Shown one piece after another: positions 50,343 to 60,295 of a stretch of DNA of 64,000 nucleotides (position 1 is its first letter; every line of letters starts with the position of its first letter). Position numbers and translations under genes: made by a program. The notes under the pieces were generated by a model. That model did no database searches, was not told where the DNA came from, and saw only the letters and a list, made by a program, of their open reading frames with translations. Origin of the DNA: Prochlorococcus sp. AG-402-P16 (lineage in GTDB: Bacteria; Cyanobacteriota; Cyanobacteriia; PCC-6307; Cyanobiaceae); assembly GCA_003216295.1 (NCBI GenBank), contig QCJB01000008.1, forward strand, positions 1,569 to 65,568. Reading direction: 5' to 3'.

Positions 50343-52679
50343 TTATGATGGCTTTGCTAGTGGTAGTAGACATTTATCTGAATCGCAACCAGCTGGACCA
50401 GCTTCAGTAAGTTCGCCTTGATCATATTTACTAAGAGCTTCAAAGAAATCACAATTTTTCCTTCTCTCTATTACCTCTGCCTGAAGTTTTGAATAGAATT
50501 CTTCATCAATAGGTTCAAAAGGAAGTCTAGGGAAGGTTGCATTCGCATCAAATCTTGCGAGTAAGGCTGCTGAAATATATCCTTTATTTTCTTTTATTGA
50601 GCTATGCAATTCCTTTGCTAGGCCTTCTATTTCATTCTCTCTAAATTCGATAGTGGCAGATGTATTGTGGTCAGTGTAATTGGTCTGTACTTGCATATAA
50701 AAATCAAATTGGGCAAGAGCAGAAAAATTATTGATATTGATTTGATCAGCTCCTGGTATGTTTGCCCAACTCACCTCAGTTGGTATCTCAACAAGCCATT
50801 CAGTACATCTTGGATCGAAAGGGTTATCTAGGAGTTTCCCATCTTCGTCCTTATCTGATTGAGAGGGAACAATTGTGTATCCATAGTCCATGCAGGCTAA
50901 TGCAACAGGATCGTTCTTACGAAAAGTAATTCTTCTTATAAATCTCTGAGCTTTTGGAGGATGCCAGCCTGGTGATGCTCCAGTAAGAAGACTTTTTGTT
51001 CCTGCAGGTTGAACTGTTGTGCAACGACTTGGACGACGAATGTTATGGCGATCGCAATATTCAAATACTGTATCGTTGACGATTTTTCTCCATCGACTTA
51101 AAAAAGTAGCTTCTTGAACTTTAAAATTCTTTCCTTCTTTTGTTTCAGGTCTCCCTGCTTCCCACCACTGAAGCCAAGGAGTACCAAAAGCATGAACAAA
51201 AAAGTCGAATAAGCCTGTGAAACTTACCCCTACAATAGGATCCCATTCTCGACTTTTTCTGTATCTTTCTACTTCAAATCTATGATTAAGTAGGCAAGCG
51301 ACTGACAAGGCAGCTGCTTTGAAGGCATCCTCTTGCTGATTTATATCTAATGGATCTATTTGATTAAGGTGGATTTCTGCAAGATTACAATGAAAGTCTG
51401 AGCCCAATATTTCACCACATGGGTTTAGGCCATATCTACTTAGCCTATGAAAAAGTTCTTTGTTATCAAATGGCCCGTAATTCGTTTGAATCCACTTAGA
51501 AGCTTCTTCTTTTCCTTGGTCGCAATAAATTTCGATAAATTCATTTCTTAATTCTGGTGTTGTGAGAATATCAGCATTTGAACGCGCAATTGCTTCTGGT
51601 GCAAATTGAATAGCACCTTCTCCTGAATGAAATTGTTTCGTAACTGCATCAATAAGTACTTCTAGCTCAGGCTTGGTGTGATATACCCTCGTGTGATTAG
51701 CCATCCTCAAAGCATCCTTTTCCGGATCAATGCTCCAATTCCCATGAGAGTCTTGTTTCCATAGATTTTCTTTTGCACCCGCGGCGGCATAATCATCTGA
51801 AGAGAACTGACGCATTCCGGCACTTCTTCTGATATTGCCAGCAACAATTGTTACTGCTGCTTCATCTATAAGTAGACAACATTCTATTGAGGTTAGTTTC
51901 CTGCCTATTGCTTTATTTAATAGATTTGTTAATCGTGGGTATAAATCTTTTAATTTTACGGGGTTTGCCATACCCCCAAACCCTTTAAGTGATTCACCTG
52001 CTGGCCTTACATCTTTTAGATCAATAGAGACATTAATTATATTAGAGCTAAAGCTATTATCACTACTTAGTTCAAGAACTTTTTGGTAGCTGTCTACCCA
52101 GCCACGTCTACTATCTCCAACTTTTATTAATACATTATTATCTTTAATAGAAAATGTGGTTGTTTCATTTCTGTCTTCTGCAGGTGTCTGTCCGATATCT
52201 GAAACACTTACAATTTTAATTTCATTTATAACTTTGGGCAGTTGGTCGATCAAGTGAGGTTCAATTATTGCGCCTGTTCCACAGCCCATCATGGCTAAAT
52301 CCATCATGAGTCCAAAGGCTTGCCAATCAACAAGATTTGTTGAGGTGCAGTTGTAGGCTCCAGAAAAATTCTTCTCTTTCTCAATCCATTCTGTTCCGCC
52401 TATCCAAAGCCATCGACCAGAGGGAAGAGCTTTTTTCTCCTGTTGCATTCTTTTCATTAAATTTATTTCTTCTTCGTTAAGTCCACCAAGTTTTTTCAAT
52501 CCACCAAGATTTCTCTTGTTTACTTGCTCCCAGCTTTCACGACCGGTTGGAAGTTTCCTGCTATATGTTCTATAAAAGACAGGATTAGCTGCAGGTGCAG
52601 TTATTGGAAAATCAGTTGTAACATTTTTTTTACCCGATGCTGAATTATTGGTTTCGGGCTGGCTTGTTGCGATTGTCAA
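50343..52679 (-). CDS. nrdJ: class II (adenosylcobalamin-dependent) ribonucleoside-triphosphate reductase
   Basis: FYRTYSR, PSGR.LW, YNC, AGNIRRSA, NPCGE thiyl motif, TTVQPAGT, C-terminal CDSDKC. Confidence 0.97.
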   Translation of the reverse strand: MTIATSQPETNNSASGKKNVTTDFPITAPAANPVFYRTYSRKLPTGRESWEQVNKRNLGGLKKLGGLNEEEINLMKRMQQEKKALPSGRWLWIGGTEWIEKEKNFSGAYNCTSTNLVDWQAFGLMMDLAMMGCGTGAIIEPHLIDQLPKVINEIKIVSVSDIGQTPAEDRNETTTFSIKDNNVLIKVGDSRRGWVDSYQKVLELSSDNSFSSNIINVSIDLKDVRPAGESLKGFGGMANPVKLKDLYPRLTNLLNKAIGRKLTSIECCLLIDEAAVTIVAGNIRRSAGMRQFSSDDYAAAGAKENLWKQDSHGNWSIDPEKDALRMANHTRVYHTKPELEVLIDAVTKQFHSGEGAIQFAPEAIARSNADILTTPELRNEFIEIYCDQGKEEASKWIQTNYGPFDNKELFHRLSRYGLNPCGEILGSDFHCNLAEIHLNQIDPLDINQQEDAFKAAALSVACLLNHRFEVERYRKSREWDPIVGVSFTGLFDFFVHAFGTPWLQWWEAGRPETKEGKNFKVQEATFLSRWRKIVNDTVFEYCDRHNIRRPSRCTTVQPAGTKSLLTGASPGWHPPKAQRFIRRITFRKNDPVALACMDYGYTIVPSQSDKDEDGKLLDNPFDPRCTEWLVEIPTEVSWANIPGADQININNFSALAQFDFYMQVQTNYTDHNTSATIEFRENEIEGLAKELHSSIKENKGYISAALLARFDANATFPRLPFEPIDEEFYSKLQAEVIERRKNCDFFEALSKYDQGELTEAGPAGCDSDKCLLPLAKPS

Positions 52680-52712
52680 AATCTTTGTATCCCTTTGGTA
52701 AGTACTACGGTA

Positions 52713-52759
52713 ACGCCATGTATAGCGTTAGCAAGTTTTTTTAACACCATCTACAGGGC
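52713..52759. promoter_or_regulatory. tandem NrdR boxes upstream of nrdJ
   Basis: ACGCCATGTATAGCGT (52713-52728) and ACACCATCTACAGGGC (52744-52759) resemble acaCwAtATaTwGtgt; starts are 31 bp apart. Confidence 0.78.
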
Positions 52760-52792
52760 TCCAAAGAAAAAAACAAATTTTTTCTTTTAGTA

Positions 52793-53476
52793 ATGCTTAG
52801 AACACCTGAAAAAGAACTTATGCAAATCCCTTCTCAGGTAAGGGCTTATGCGGATGCTGATTTCTCTAGGAGTGATTCTATGGTTGTTAAATCGCTTGAA
52901 AAATATTTAAAAAAAGCAGGAAGAACTCTTAATAAAAATGATTTGATTTTTGATATGGCATGTGGGCCCGGAAATATTGCAGAGAGAATTGCGAAGAATT
53001 GGCCTTTTGTGAATGTTGTAGGAATTGATGGCTCAAAGGAAATGTTGAATGAAGCAGAAAACAGACTTTTAGACAATCTTATGAAGAATCTTTCTTATGA
53101 ATTGATTGATATTAATTCGATAGCGTCAGGTGATATACATTTTCCTTTTAAAGCTGATGTCTTAGTAAGTAACAGTGCCTTGCATCATTTTCACGATCCT
53201 TTTTGCTTTTGGGGTGCATTAAAAAAACTTGGTAAAACGAAGTGTATTCATATTCATCGTGATTTAATAAGGCCTGCTTCTGTTGAAAAAGCATTTGAGC
53301 TAAAAGAAAAACATCTTTCAAATTCTCCAGAAATTCTAAAAAAGGATTTTTATGCATCTCTCAAGGCATCATTTACAGTTGAGGAAGTATCTCAGCAGGT
53401 AGTCGATGCAGGGTTATCTCAATTAGAGGTTTTTCAAGTTGATGAACTTTATTTTGAGATTATTGGGTGTATTTAA
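52793..53476 (+). CDS. class I SAM-dependent methyltransferase
   Basis: R.PE.ELM, Y..ADFS, DMACGPG, GIDGS..ML, SNS.LHH..DP. Confidence 0.9.
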   Translation: MLRTPEKELMQIPSQVRAYADADFSRSDSMVVKSLEKYLKKAGRTLNKNDLIFDMACGPGNIAERIAKNWPFVNVVGIDGSKEMLNEAENRLLDNLMKNLSYELIDINSIASGDIHFPFKADVLVSNSALHHFHDPFCFWGALKKLGKTKCIHIHRDLIRPASVEKAFELKEKHLSNSPEILKKDFYASLKASFTVEEVSQQVVDAGLSQLEVFQVDELYFEIIGCI

Positions 53477-53512
53477 TCTTTCCCCAGAACAATTGAACAA
53501 TCAAAAACTATA

Positions 53513-55180
53513 ATGAAATCAACTCCCCAAGACAAAACTAATTTAGATCCAAATTTAGAAGAAGAACTAACTATATCTTTAAGTACGGAGGTTGGTAAAA
53601 GAAGAAATTTTGCGATTATTTCCCACCCTGATGCAGGGAAAACCACTTTAACAGAAAAACTTTTACTTTATGGTGGAGCTATTCAACAAGCAGGAGCAGT
53701 AAAAGCAAGAGGAGAGCAGAGAAAAGTTACTTCTGACTGGATGGAGCTTGAAAAACAAAGAGGCATATCAATCACATCAACTGTTTTACAATTTGCTTAT
53801 AAAGATAAGACCATTAATTTATTAGATACCCCTGGTCACCAAGATTTTTCGGAAGATACTTATAGGACACTTGCCGCTGCTGATAATGCTGTGATGCTTG
53901 AAGATGCAGCGAAAGGACTTGAACCTCAAACAAGAAAACTTTTTGAGGTTTGCAGAATGCGTCAAATACCAATTTTTACTTTCATTAATAAAATGGATAG
54001 GCCAGGTCAAGAACCGCTTGAATTATTAGATGAGATTGAGTCTGAATTAGGATTATCAACCTTTGCAGTCAATTGGCCAATAGGAAGTGGTGAGCTTTTT
54101 AGAGGTGTTGTTGAGCGTGCAACCAATGAAGTTGTTTTATTTTCTCGAGCGGAAAGAGGAAAGCAATCTAGTGAAATAAGGTTGAAAATTAATGATCCGG
54201 AACTTAAAAATTTAGTAGAAGAAGAACTATTAACAAAAGCACTTGAAGAGATTGAGATTCTTGATGAGGCAGGTTGTGACTTAAATCATGAATTAATATT
54301 ATCTGGTGAACTAACTCCTGTGTTTTTTGGTTCTGCAATGACCAACTTCGGGGTTAGGCCATTTTTAGATAATTTTCTTGAGCTTTCTCAGGGACCAGTT
54401 GCTAGAAATAGTTTTGATGGACCAATCGTTCCAACAAGAGAATCATTTAGTGGATTTGTATTTAAATTACAAGCAAATATGGATCCAAAACATAGAGATA
54501 GAGTTGCCTTTGTGAGGGTTTGTAGTGGGAGGTTTCAAAAAGATATGACAGTTCAACATGCTAGGACGGGTAAACAAATCAGGCTCTCAAGGCCTCAAAA
54601 GATTTTTGGTCAAGATAGGGCCGTGGTTGAGGATGCTTACCCTGGGGATGTTATTGGTTTGAATAATCCAGGGATGTTTTCGATTGGAGATACATTATAT
54701 ATTGGATCTAGAGTTGAATTTGAGGGGATTCCATGTTTTAGCCCCGAGATATTTAGCTGGTTAAGAAATCCAAATCCTTCAACTTTTAAGAACTTTAGAA
54801 AAGGTGTAAATGAATTAAGAGAGGAGGGAGCAGTCCAGATTCTTTATGATAAAGATCAAAGCAAAAGAGATCCAATTTTGGCAGCAGTTGGTCAGCTTCA
54901 GCTTGAAGTAGTACAACATCGACTTGCCAGTGAATATGGAGTGGAAACTAGGCTTGAACCAATGGGTTTTCAAGTTGCTAGATGGGTAAAAGGTGGATGG
55001 CCGGCTTTAGAGGAGGTTGGGAGAATTTTTAATTGCAAAACGGTTCAGGATGCTTGGCTTAGACCAGTACTGCTTTTTAAAAATGAATGGAATCTAAATC
55101 AGTTAAAGGAAGATCATCCTGAAATGGAATTAAACTCAGTTGCTCCGGTTGTCAGTGGTGTTGATCCTGTTTCCCTTTAA
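53513..55180 (+). CDS. prfC: peptide chain release factor 3
   Basis: [59 protein letters not shown]. Confidence 0.98.
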   Translation: MKSTPQDKTNLDPNLEEELTISLSTEVGKRRNFAIISHPDAGKTTLTEKLLLYGGAIQQAGAVKARGEQRKVTSDWMELEKQRGISITSTVLQFAYKDKTINLLDTPGHQDFSEDTYRTLAAADNAVMLEDAAKGLEPQTRKLFEVCRMRQIPIFTFINKMDRPGQEPLELLDEIESELGLSTFAVNWPIGSGELFRGVVERATNEVVLFSRAERGKQSSEIRLKINDPELKNLVEEELLTKALEEIEILDEAGCDLNHELILSGELTPVFFGSAMTNFGVRPFLDNFLELSQGPVARNSFDGPIVPTRESFSGFVFKLQANMDPKHRDRVAFVRVCSGRFQKDMTVQHARTGKQIRLSRPQKIFGQDRAVVEDAYPGDVIGLNNPGMFSIGDTLYIGSRVEFEGIPCFSPEIFSWLRNPNPSTFKNFRKGVNELREEGAVQILYDKDQSKRDPILAAVGQLQLEVVQHRLASEYGVETRLEPMGFQVARWVKGGWPALEEVGRIFNCKTVQDAWLRPVLLFKNEWNLNQLKEDHPEMELNSVAPVVSGVDPVSL

Positions 55181-55235
55181 AGTAGATTAATATCTAATTA
55201 ATAAAGAAGTTCATAAATCTTTTTTTTGAAAATCT

Positions 55236-55928
55236 ATGGATCCTGGTACTAATTCACAATCAAATTCAAACTCACAAGATCCATATTTGATACTTGGAAT
55301 AAATAAGGGTGCAAGTTTTGATGCTATTCAAGAAGCAAGGGACAAAAAATTAATTGACGCAGGAGAAGACCAAATCACTAAAGCAAAAATAGAAGCTGCT
55401 TATGATTCGTTGCTAATGGTAAGTCTTAAGTCAAGACAACTTGGTAATGCAAGTAACGAGGCAGTAACTGCATCAAAGAAAGAAAATGAAGCAAAGAAAG
55501 TTGGCGACACTGGACCTGCTGGTTCTCTTCTGACTAGGTTGAAAAATTTAAATCTTCCTAAATACGAGGCATCAAAATCTAATTTTTTACCAAGCTTAGA
55601 GTTGCCCTCTGGACAAGAATTAAACATAAGGATTTCTCTTGGAGTATTGGCTTTTGTACTTGTTTTAATTGTGCCTTCTGAAAGTGTTGAATTAATACTT
55701 TCATTCTCAACAATAGCTTTATTCATTAGTCAGTCTCGTAGAGGTAGGCCTTTCTTTTCCTCTATCCTCTGGTGCATTCTTCTTCTTTGTATTGGACTTC
55801 TATCTGGTGCATTACTTTTAGGTGGTGCTCAATCATTTATTGATAACTCTGGATCATTGTCTTCAGAAAAATTTGAGGCGATACCAGCAGTATTTTTACT
55901 TTGGTTAGGAGTGGTTTTCCTTGATTAA
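55236..55928 (+). CDS. CPP1-like (DUF3353) J-like-domain membrane protein
   Basis: DPY.ILG....ASF..IQ.AR, IEAAYD.LLM..L..RQ.G; no HPD motif; C-terminal TM helices. Confidence 0.85.
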   Translation: MDPGTNSQSNSNSQDPYLILGINKGASFDAIQEARDKKLIDAGEDQITKAKIEAAYDSLLMVSLKSRQLGNASNEAVTASKKENEAKKVGDTGPAGSLLTRLKNLNLPKYEASKSNFLPSLELPSGQELNIRISLGVLAFVLVLIVPSESVELILSFSTIALFISQSRRGRPFFSSILWCILLLCIGLLSGALLLGGAQSFIDNSGSLSSEKFEAIPAVFLLWLGVVFLD

Positions 55929-55932
55929 TTCT

Positions 55933-56832
55933 TTAATCGATTAAAGAAATCAATTCGTCCTCGTTAACAAGATAAACATTTTTGCAGAATTGACATGTAA
56001 GTTCTGCTTTCCCATCCTCCTTTATCATTTCTTGAAGCTCTTTTTTTCCCAATATCTTCAATGCTGATAGGCTTCTTTCTCTTGAGCATCTACATTTAAA
56101 ACGAACTTCTTGAGATGTGTTAATAATATCTGAATGTGATTGATCAAGATCAGGAAAAATTTCTTCAATTAGAGAAATAAGGTTGTTCCCTTTTTTGTTT
56201 AATAATTCACTAAAAGAGTTGATTTCTTTACATCGATCTTCAAGTAGGGCTATCAATGAATAGTCTCGTTCTGCTTTGGGTAGTATTTGTGCTAAAAGTC
56301 CTCCGCTACAAACTATTCCATCCTGATTAATTCTTTCTCCAACAAACACAGCTGATGGAGTTTGTTCAGAATGTAATAAATAGGAAGCTATGTCTTCACC
56401 TATCCCTCCATTAATTAATTCAACTGTGCTGTTGTGTGGCTCTCCTTTTCCATCGTCTCTAATAACGTGAAGATAGCCAATACCTGTAGCTTTTTTAAAA
56501 TCAAATGTATAGTGATTGCTTTTATTTTTAATTAGGTCTAATTCAAGACTTGGATCGCCAACGTAACCTCTCACACTTCCATCTCTACCTGCATCAATAG
56601 TTAATCCTTTAAGTGGTCCATTTGAGCTTACCCTCAAAGTCACCCTCCCATGATTTACTTTCATTGAGCTTGCAAGCAAGAGGCTTGCACTCATGGCTCT
56701 ACCTACAATTGCAGAAGTTAAATATGAAAGAGAATGTCTTTCTTTTGCTTCTTTCGTTGATTCAGTTGTTGATACCGCGACTAGCCTGATCCCTCCTTTC
56801 GCAGCAGTAGCTCTAACTAGTAAATCTGTCAT
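55933..56832 (-). CDS. hslO: Hsp33 redox-regulated chaperone
   Basis: SEQTPS, GGLL.Q, CRCS...CQFC zinc motif. Confidence 0.96.
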   Translation of the reverse strand: MTDLLVRATAAKGGIRLVAVSTTESTKEAKERHSLSYLTSAIVGRAMSASLLLASSMKVNHGRVTLRVSSNGPLKGLTIDAGRDGSVRGYVGDPSLELDLIKNKSNHYTFDFKKATGIGYLHVIRDDGKGEPHNSTVELINGGIGEDIASYLLHSEQTPSAVFVGERINQDGIVCSGGLLAQILPKAERDYSLIALLEDRCKEINSFSELLNKKGNNLISLIEEIFPDLDQSHSDIINTSQEVRFKCRCSRERSLSALKILGKKELQEMIKEDGKAELTCQFCKNVYLVNEDELISLID

Positions 56833-56848
56833 TAATTAGTTGAATTGT

Positions 56849-57475
56849 TTACCCAGGGATAAGTTGACCATTGTGCAATTCATAATTGTCGGTATTGAAA
56901 TTTTTAAAAAGTTCGGGTTCATGTGTAACTATTAGAATAGTTTGCTTGTCTTTAAGCTTTGCGAGTAATTCTATAATTTCGTATCTTACTGACCAATCTA
57001 AACCTGCTGTTGGCTCGTCCAATAAAAGTACTTTTGGACTCCTTAATAGTTGAACAGCAATAGCTAGTCGTCGTTGTTGTCCTCCACTAAGAGATTCTGG
57101 CGGCTTCTTTAAATCTAAGTTGATCAACCCCACTTTTGTGAGAGCTGAAATTTGTTGTTCAGTCGTTAACTTCTTATGACCAAGACGTAATTCTTGAGCT
57201 ACCGATAATCCAAGAAAATATCTTTCTGGAAATTGAAAAACTAATCCACATAACCACCTGCGCTGTCGTGCATTTAGAGTTTTGCTGAACCATGTTATCT
57301 CTCCTTTTTGATATCCCGATAGACCGCTAATGATTTCTAGCAATGTTGTTTTTCCACTTCCACTGGGTCCTCTAACTATTGTTATCTTCCCATTATTTGA
57401 TTTTAAACACAAATCTCTAAGGATTGGTTCCTCTGCTGTTGAGGGATGGTAATAAATATTTTTTAAACTAAGCAT
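56849..57475 (-). CDS. ABC ATPase (EcfA/CbiO-like)
   Basis: GPSGSGKTT, VFQFPE, LSGGQQRR, LLDEPTAGLD, VTH. Confidence 0.92.
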   Translation of the reverse strand: MLSLKNIYYHPSTAEEPILRDLCLKSNNGKITIVRGPSGSGKTTLLEIISGLSGYQKGEITWFSKTLNARQRRWLCGLVFQFPERYFLGLSVAQELRLGHKKLTTEQQISALTKVGLINLDLKKPPESLSGGQQRRLAIAVQLLRSPKVLLLDEPTAGLDWSVRYEIIELLAKLKDKQTILIVTHEPELFKNFNTDNYELHNGQLIPG

Positions 57476-57584
57476 TCTTTTGTATTGAGGCTTTGATCAA
57501 TTAAATAAAGATTTTTCAATTTTCTTTAATCAATTTACATTAGATTATGTTTGATATCTTTTAGTTTTTCTTTTTTAAGATCTA

Positions 57585-58040
57585 TTGTTTATGGAAGTTC
57601 GATTTCGTGAAGTTGATCCTTTCAATTGTTGGATATGGCTTAGATATTCAGATATCCCAAGTAAGGGAGAAAAAGAATACGTAGATGGTATTTTTGATTC
57701 TTGGTATGTGCTAGGCAGACTTGGTGGATTTAATTCTGAAAATTTGCAAACGCACGAAATGGGTTCTGATGTCAGTTGGATGAGCTATGAAAATGACGTT
57801 AATTCCTCTAGTCTTCCATCATTAATGCATAATCTTGGAGAATTTGAATTTAATGAGTGTTGGGCTAGATGTTGGGTAGATTTAGGTACTTCTGATCTCA
57901 TCGCAATTGATATTTTGATAAATGTACTAAAACAAATGGATGTTGATGTTGTGAAAATAGAGGAACTAATTATTGGAGGAGTAAATCAAGATTGGCCAGT
58001 AGAAGAACATCCTGATGCAGTTTTTTCTTCAACAGAGTAA
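57585..58040 (+). CDS. DUF3531-family protein
   Basis: FRE.DPFN.WIW, SW.VLGRLGGFN.EN, MHN.G.FE....W.RCWVDLGTSD. Confidence 0.88.
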   Translation: MFMEVRFREVDPFNCWIWLRYSDIPSKGEKEYVDGIFDSWYVLGRLGGFNSENLQTHEMGSDVSWMSYENDVNSSSLPSLMHNLGEFEFNECWARCWVDLGTSDLIAIDILINVLKQMDVDVVKIEELIIGGVNQDWPVEEHPDAVFSSTE

Positions 58041-58046
58041 TTTTCC

Positions 58047-58811
58047 ATGGCTGAGAAGAGAAGATTATTTATAAACCCAAATCGATTAAGTGATGAAATC
58101 GATTTAAATGGAGAGTTGATCTTGACCTCTGATGAATCACATTATTTATTTAGGGTTATGAGGATGAGATCGGAAGATCTTTTAGAGGTTATTGATGGAC
58201 AAGGTCATCTTTGGAACGCAAAAATTATTGAAAAAAAAGCTATAAAACTTACTAATGGTTTTGACAACCCTCTTCAAGTCGTTTCAAGAGAGAGACCATT
58301 AATAGGCATTGCTGTAGTTATTCCTAAAAAGGGGTTTGAAAACTTTTTGCAAATGAGTTGTGAGATAGGAGTTGATATTATTCAACCATTAATTTCAAAA
58401 CGATCAGTAGTTAGAGAATGCAATAACGAAAAAATTATTAGATTCCAAAAAATTATTCATGAAGCCGTTGAGCAATCTGAAAGACTCTGGAGCCCAGAAC
58501 TAATGCAGGCATTGACATTTCCAAATTGGATAAATGATTTGCCTTCCGAAGCTCAAATCGGATTTGCAACAACACGTATTCAAAACTTGCATGATTGTGT
58601 GAATTGGTTAAAAGAAACACCACATAAAGTCAATCAAATTTGGGTGGTAGTTGGCCCTGAGGGAGGCTGGAATAAAGATGAAGAGGAATTAGCCTTTAAC
58701 TCTGGCTTATCTGGGGTGTCTATGGGGAAAACTATTTTAAGGACATCAACAGCTGCCGTAAGTGCCTGTCAGCTGATGACTTCATGGAGACGACTTAAAT
58801 CATCCCTTTAA
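58047..58811 (+). CDS. rsmE: 16S rRNA m3U1498 methyltransferase
   Basis: HYL.RVMR, EA.EQSER, VGPEGGW, MG..ILR..TA. Confidence 0.95.
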   Translation: MAEKRRLFINPNRLSDEIDLNGELILTSDESHYLFRVMRMRSEDLLEVIDGQGHLWNAKIIEKKAIKLTNGFDNPLQVVSRERPLIGIAVVIPKKGFENFLQMSCEIGVDIIQPLISKRSVVRECNNEKIIRFQKIIHEAVEQSERLWSPELMQALTFPNWINDLPSEAQIGFATTRIQNLHDCVNWLKETPHKVNQIWVVVGPEGGWNKDEEELAFNSGLSGVSMGKTILRTSTAAVSACQLMTSWRRLKSSL

Positions 58812-58874
58812 GATTGAATATTTTTGATCATAAAACCGTCTATTGTTTAGAGACAGGTATGCTGATTAGGAACG

Positions 58875-59618
58875 ATGGCTAACTTCTCTTTTATTAGCGT
58901 CACTTGGATTAATGCTTTTTTGATTAATTTCTTGTTGATATTTTTGGGACATAGGCTTCCATTTTTAACTAAGAAAGGTTGGATTCATGCTGGAATACTT
59001 GGAACACTTTTACTAGGATCCATTGGCTGGAATGGTTGGATATCAGTTTTTGTATATCTCTTGTTGGGAACTTTAGTTACAAAAATTGGATACAAAAATA
59101 AAGCTTCCCGAGGGATTGCTGAAGCCAGAGGTGGTCAACGTGGCCCTGAAAATGTATGGGGGTCTGCAGCAACAGGTTGCTCACTCTCCTTATTAAGTTG
59201 TCTTTGGCCAAATTTTTTAAATTTATTCATGGTAGGTTTTGCTTCAAGTTTCAGTGCAAAACTTTCTGATACTTTTTCAAGTGAAATTGGCAAAAGATTT
59301 GGTAAAAGAACTTTTCTAATTACGACTTTAAAGCCAGTCTCACCAGGAACAGAGGGGGCAATAAGCATCGAAGGTTCTATTGCTGGTTTGTTAGGAAGTT
59401 TTATTATGACTGTGTTTATGCTTAATCTATCGATTATCTCTGGACTATCTGTTGCTTTTATAGTCTTCTTCTCTGGTTATTTAGCAACTTTTTTGGAAAG
59501 TTATATTGGAGCAGTAGTTCAAAATAAGATTGATTGGATGACTAATGAATTAGTTAATTCTATCCAGACATCTATAGCCGCTATTATTTCTATCTTTTTA
59601 TATTTGAAGTTTGTTTGA
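58875..59618 (+). CDS. TIGR00297/DUF92 membrane protein (VTE6-like)
   Basis: K...GIAE.RGG.RGPENVWG, DTFSSEIGK, V.PGTEGA.S.EG, NE.VN. Confidence 0.88.
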   Translation: MANFSFISVTWINAFLINFLLIFLGHRLPFLTKKGWIHAGILGTLLLGSIGWNGWISVFVYLLLGTLVTKIGYKNKASRGIAEARGGQRGPENVWGSAATGCSLSLLSCLWPNFLNLFMVGFASSFSAKLSDTFSSEIGKRFGKRTFLITTLKPVSPGTEGAISIEGSIAGLLGSFIMTVFMLNLSIISGLSVAFIVFFSGYLATFLESYIGAVVQNKIDWMTNELVNSIQTSIAAIISIFLYLKFV

Positions 59619-59623
59619 AATAT

Positions 59624-60271
59624 TTATTTTAAATCAGCCCAATTGTTCAGTGCTGGCCATTCGCTAATTTGGTCATAAATCCATTTATGCCCCTTAGTAT
59701 TTAGATGTATTCCATCTGATGAGAGTAATTCTTTAAATGATAATAGGTTGATCATTTTCTCATGTATAGATAAAAACGGAACATTTAATTCTAAGCAAGT
59801 TTCTTCAATTTTATTTTCATATTTAGAACAAGCTTGATTTGAATACCAAAGACATTCTGCGAAAGGCATTGAGTCTTCATTAACAGGTGTTAATCCAAGA
59901 ACCATTATATGTACTTCATTCTTGATCTCGTTTACTAATTGTTTTAAGCCAAATTTAAAAGCATCTTCGGAAAGTTGGGGCCTGCCATCTTTTCTTCCAA
60001 TTCTAGCTGTATCATTTAATCCAATTGATAGCAAAATACCTTCAGGAACTTTTCTCCTTAACTCTCCCCTTGTTGCCCACTCATTCTTATATCTTATAGC
60101 AACTTTTTCTAATCCATCTCCTCTTACTCCAAGAGAATAAATGATAGGTGCACCATCTAAATTTAACCAGTTTTGTCTTAATCTCTCAGACCATCCCCCT
60201 CCTTCTAGATCTCCCCATCCGTAAACCCCACTATCTCCAATTATGATTAATTTTTTCTGATATTTAGTCAT
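59624..60271 (-). CDS. SGNH/GDSL-type hydrolase
   Basis: GDS block I, LGVRG, GLND, DGIH. Confidence 0.9.
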   Translation of the reverse strand: MTKYQKKLIIIGDSGVYGWGDLEGGGWSERLRQNWLNLDGAPIIYSLGVRGDGLEKVAIRYKNEWATRGELRRKVPEGILLSIGLNDTARIGRKDGRPQLSEDAFKFGLKQLVNEIKNEVHIMVLGLTPVNEDSMPFAECLWYSNQACSKYENKIEETCLELNVPFLSIHEKMINLLSFKELLSSDGIHLNTKGHKWIYDQISEWPALNNWADLK

Positions 60272-60295
60272 AAGTCGATATGTTGAATAAAATGA

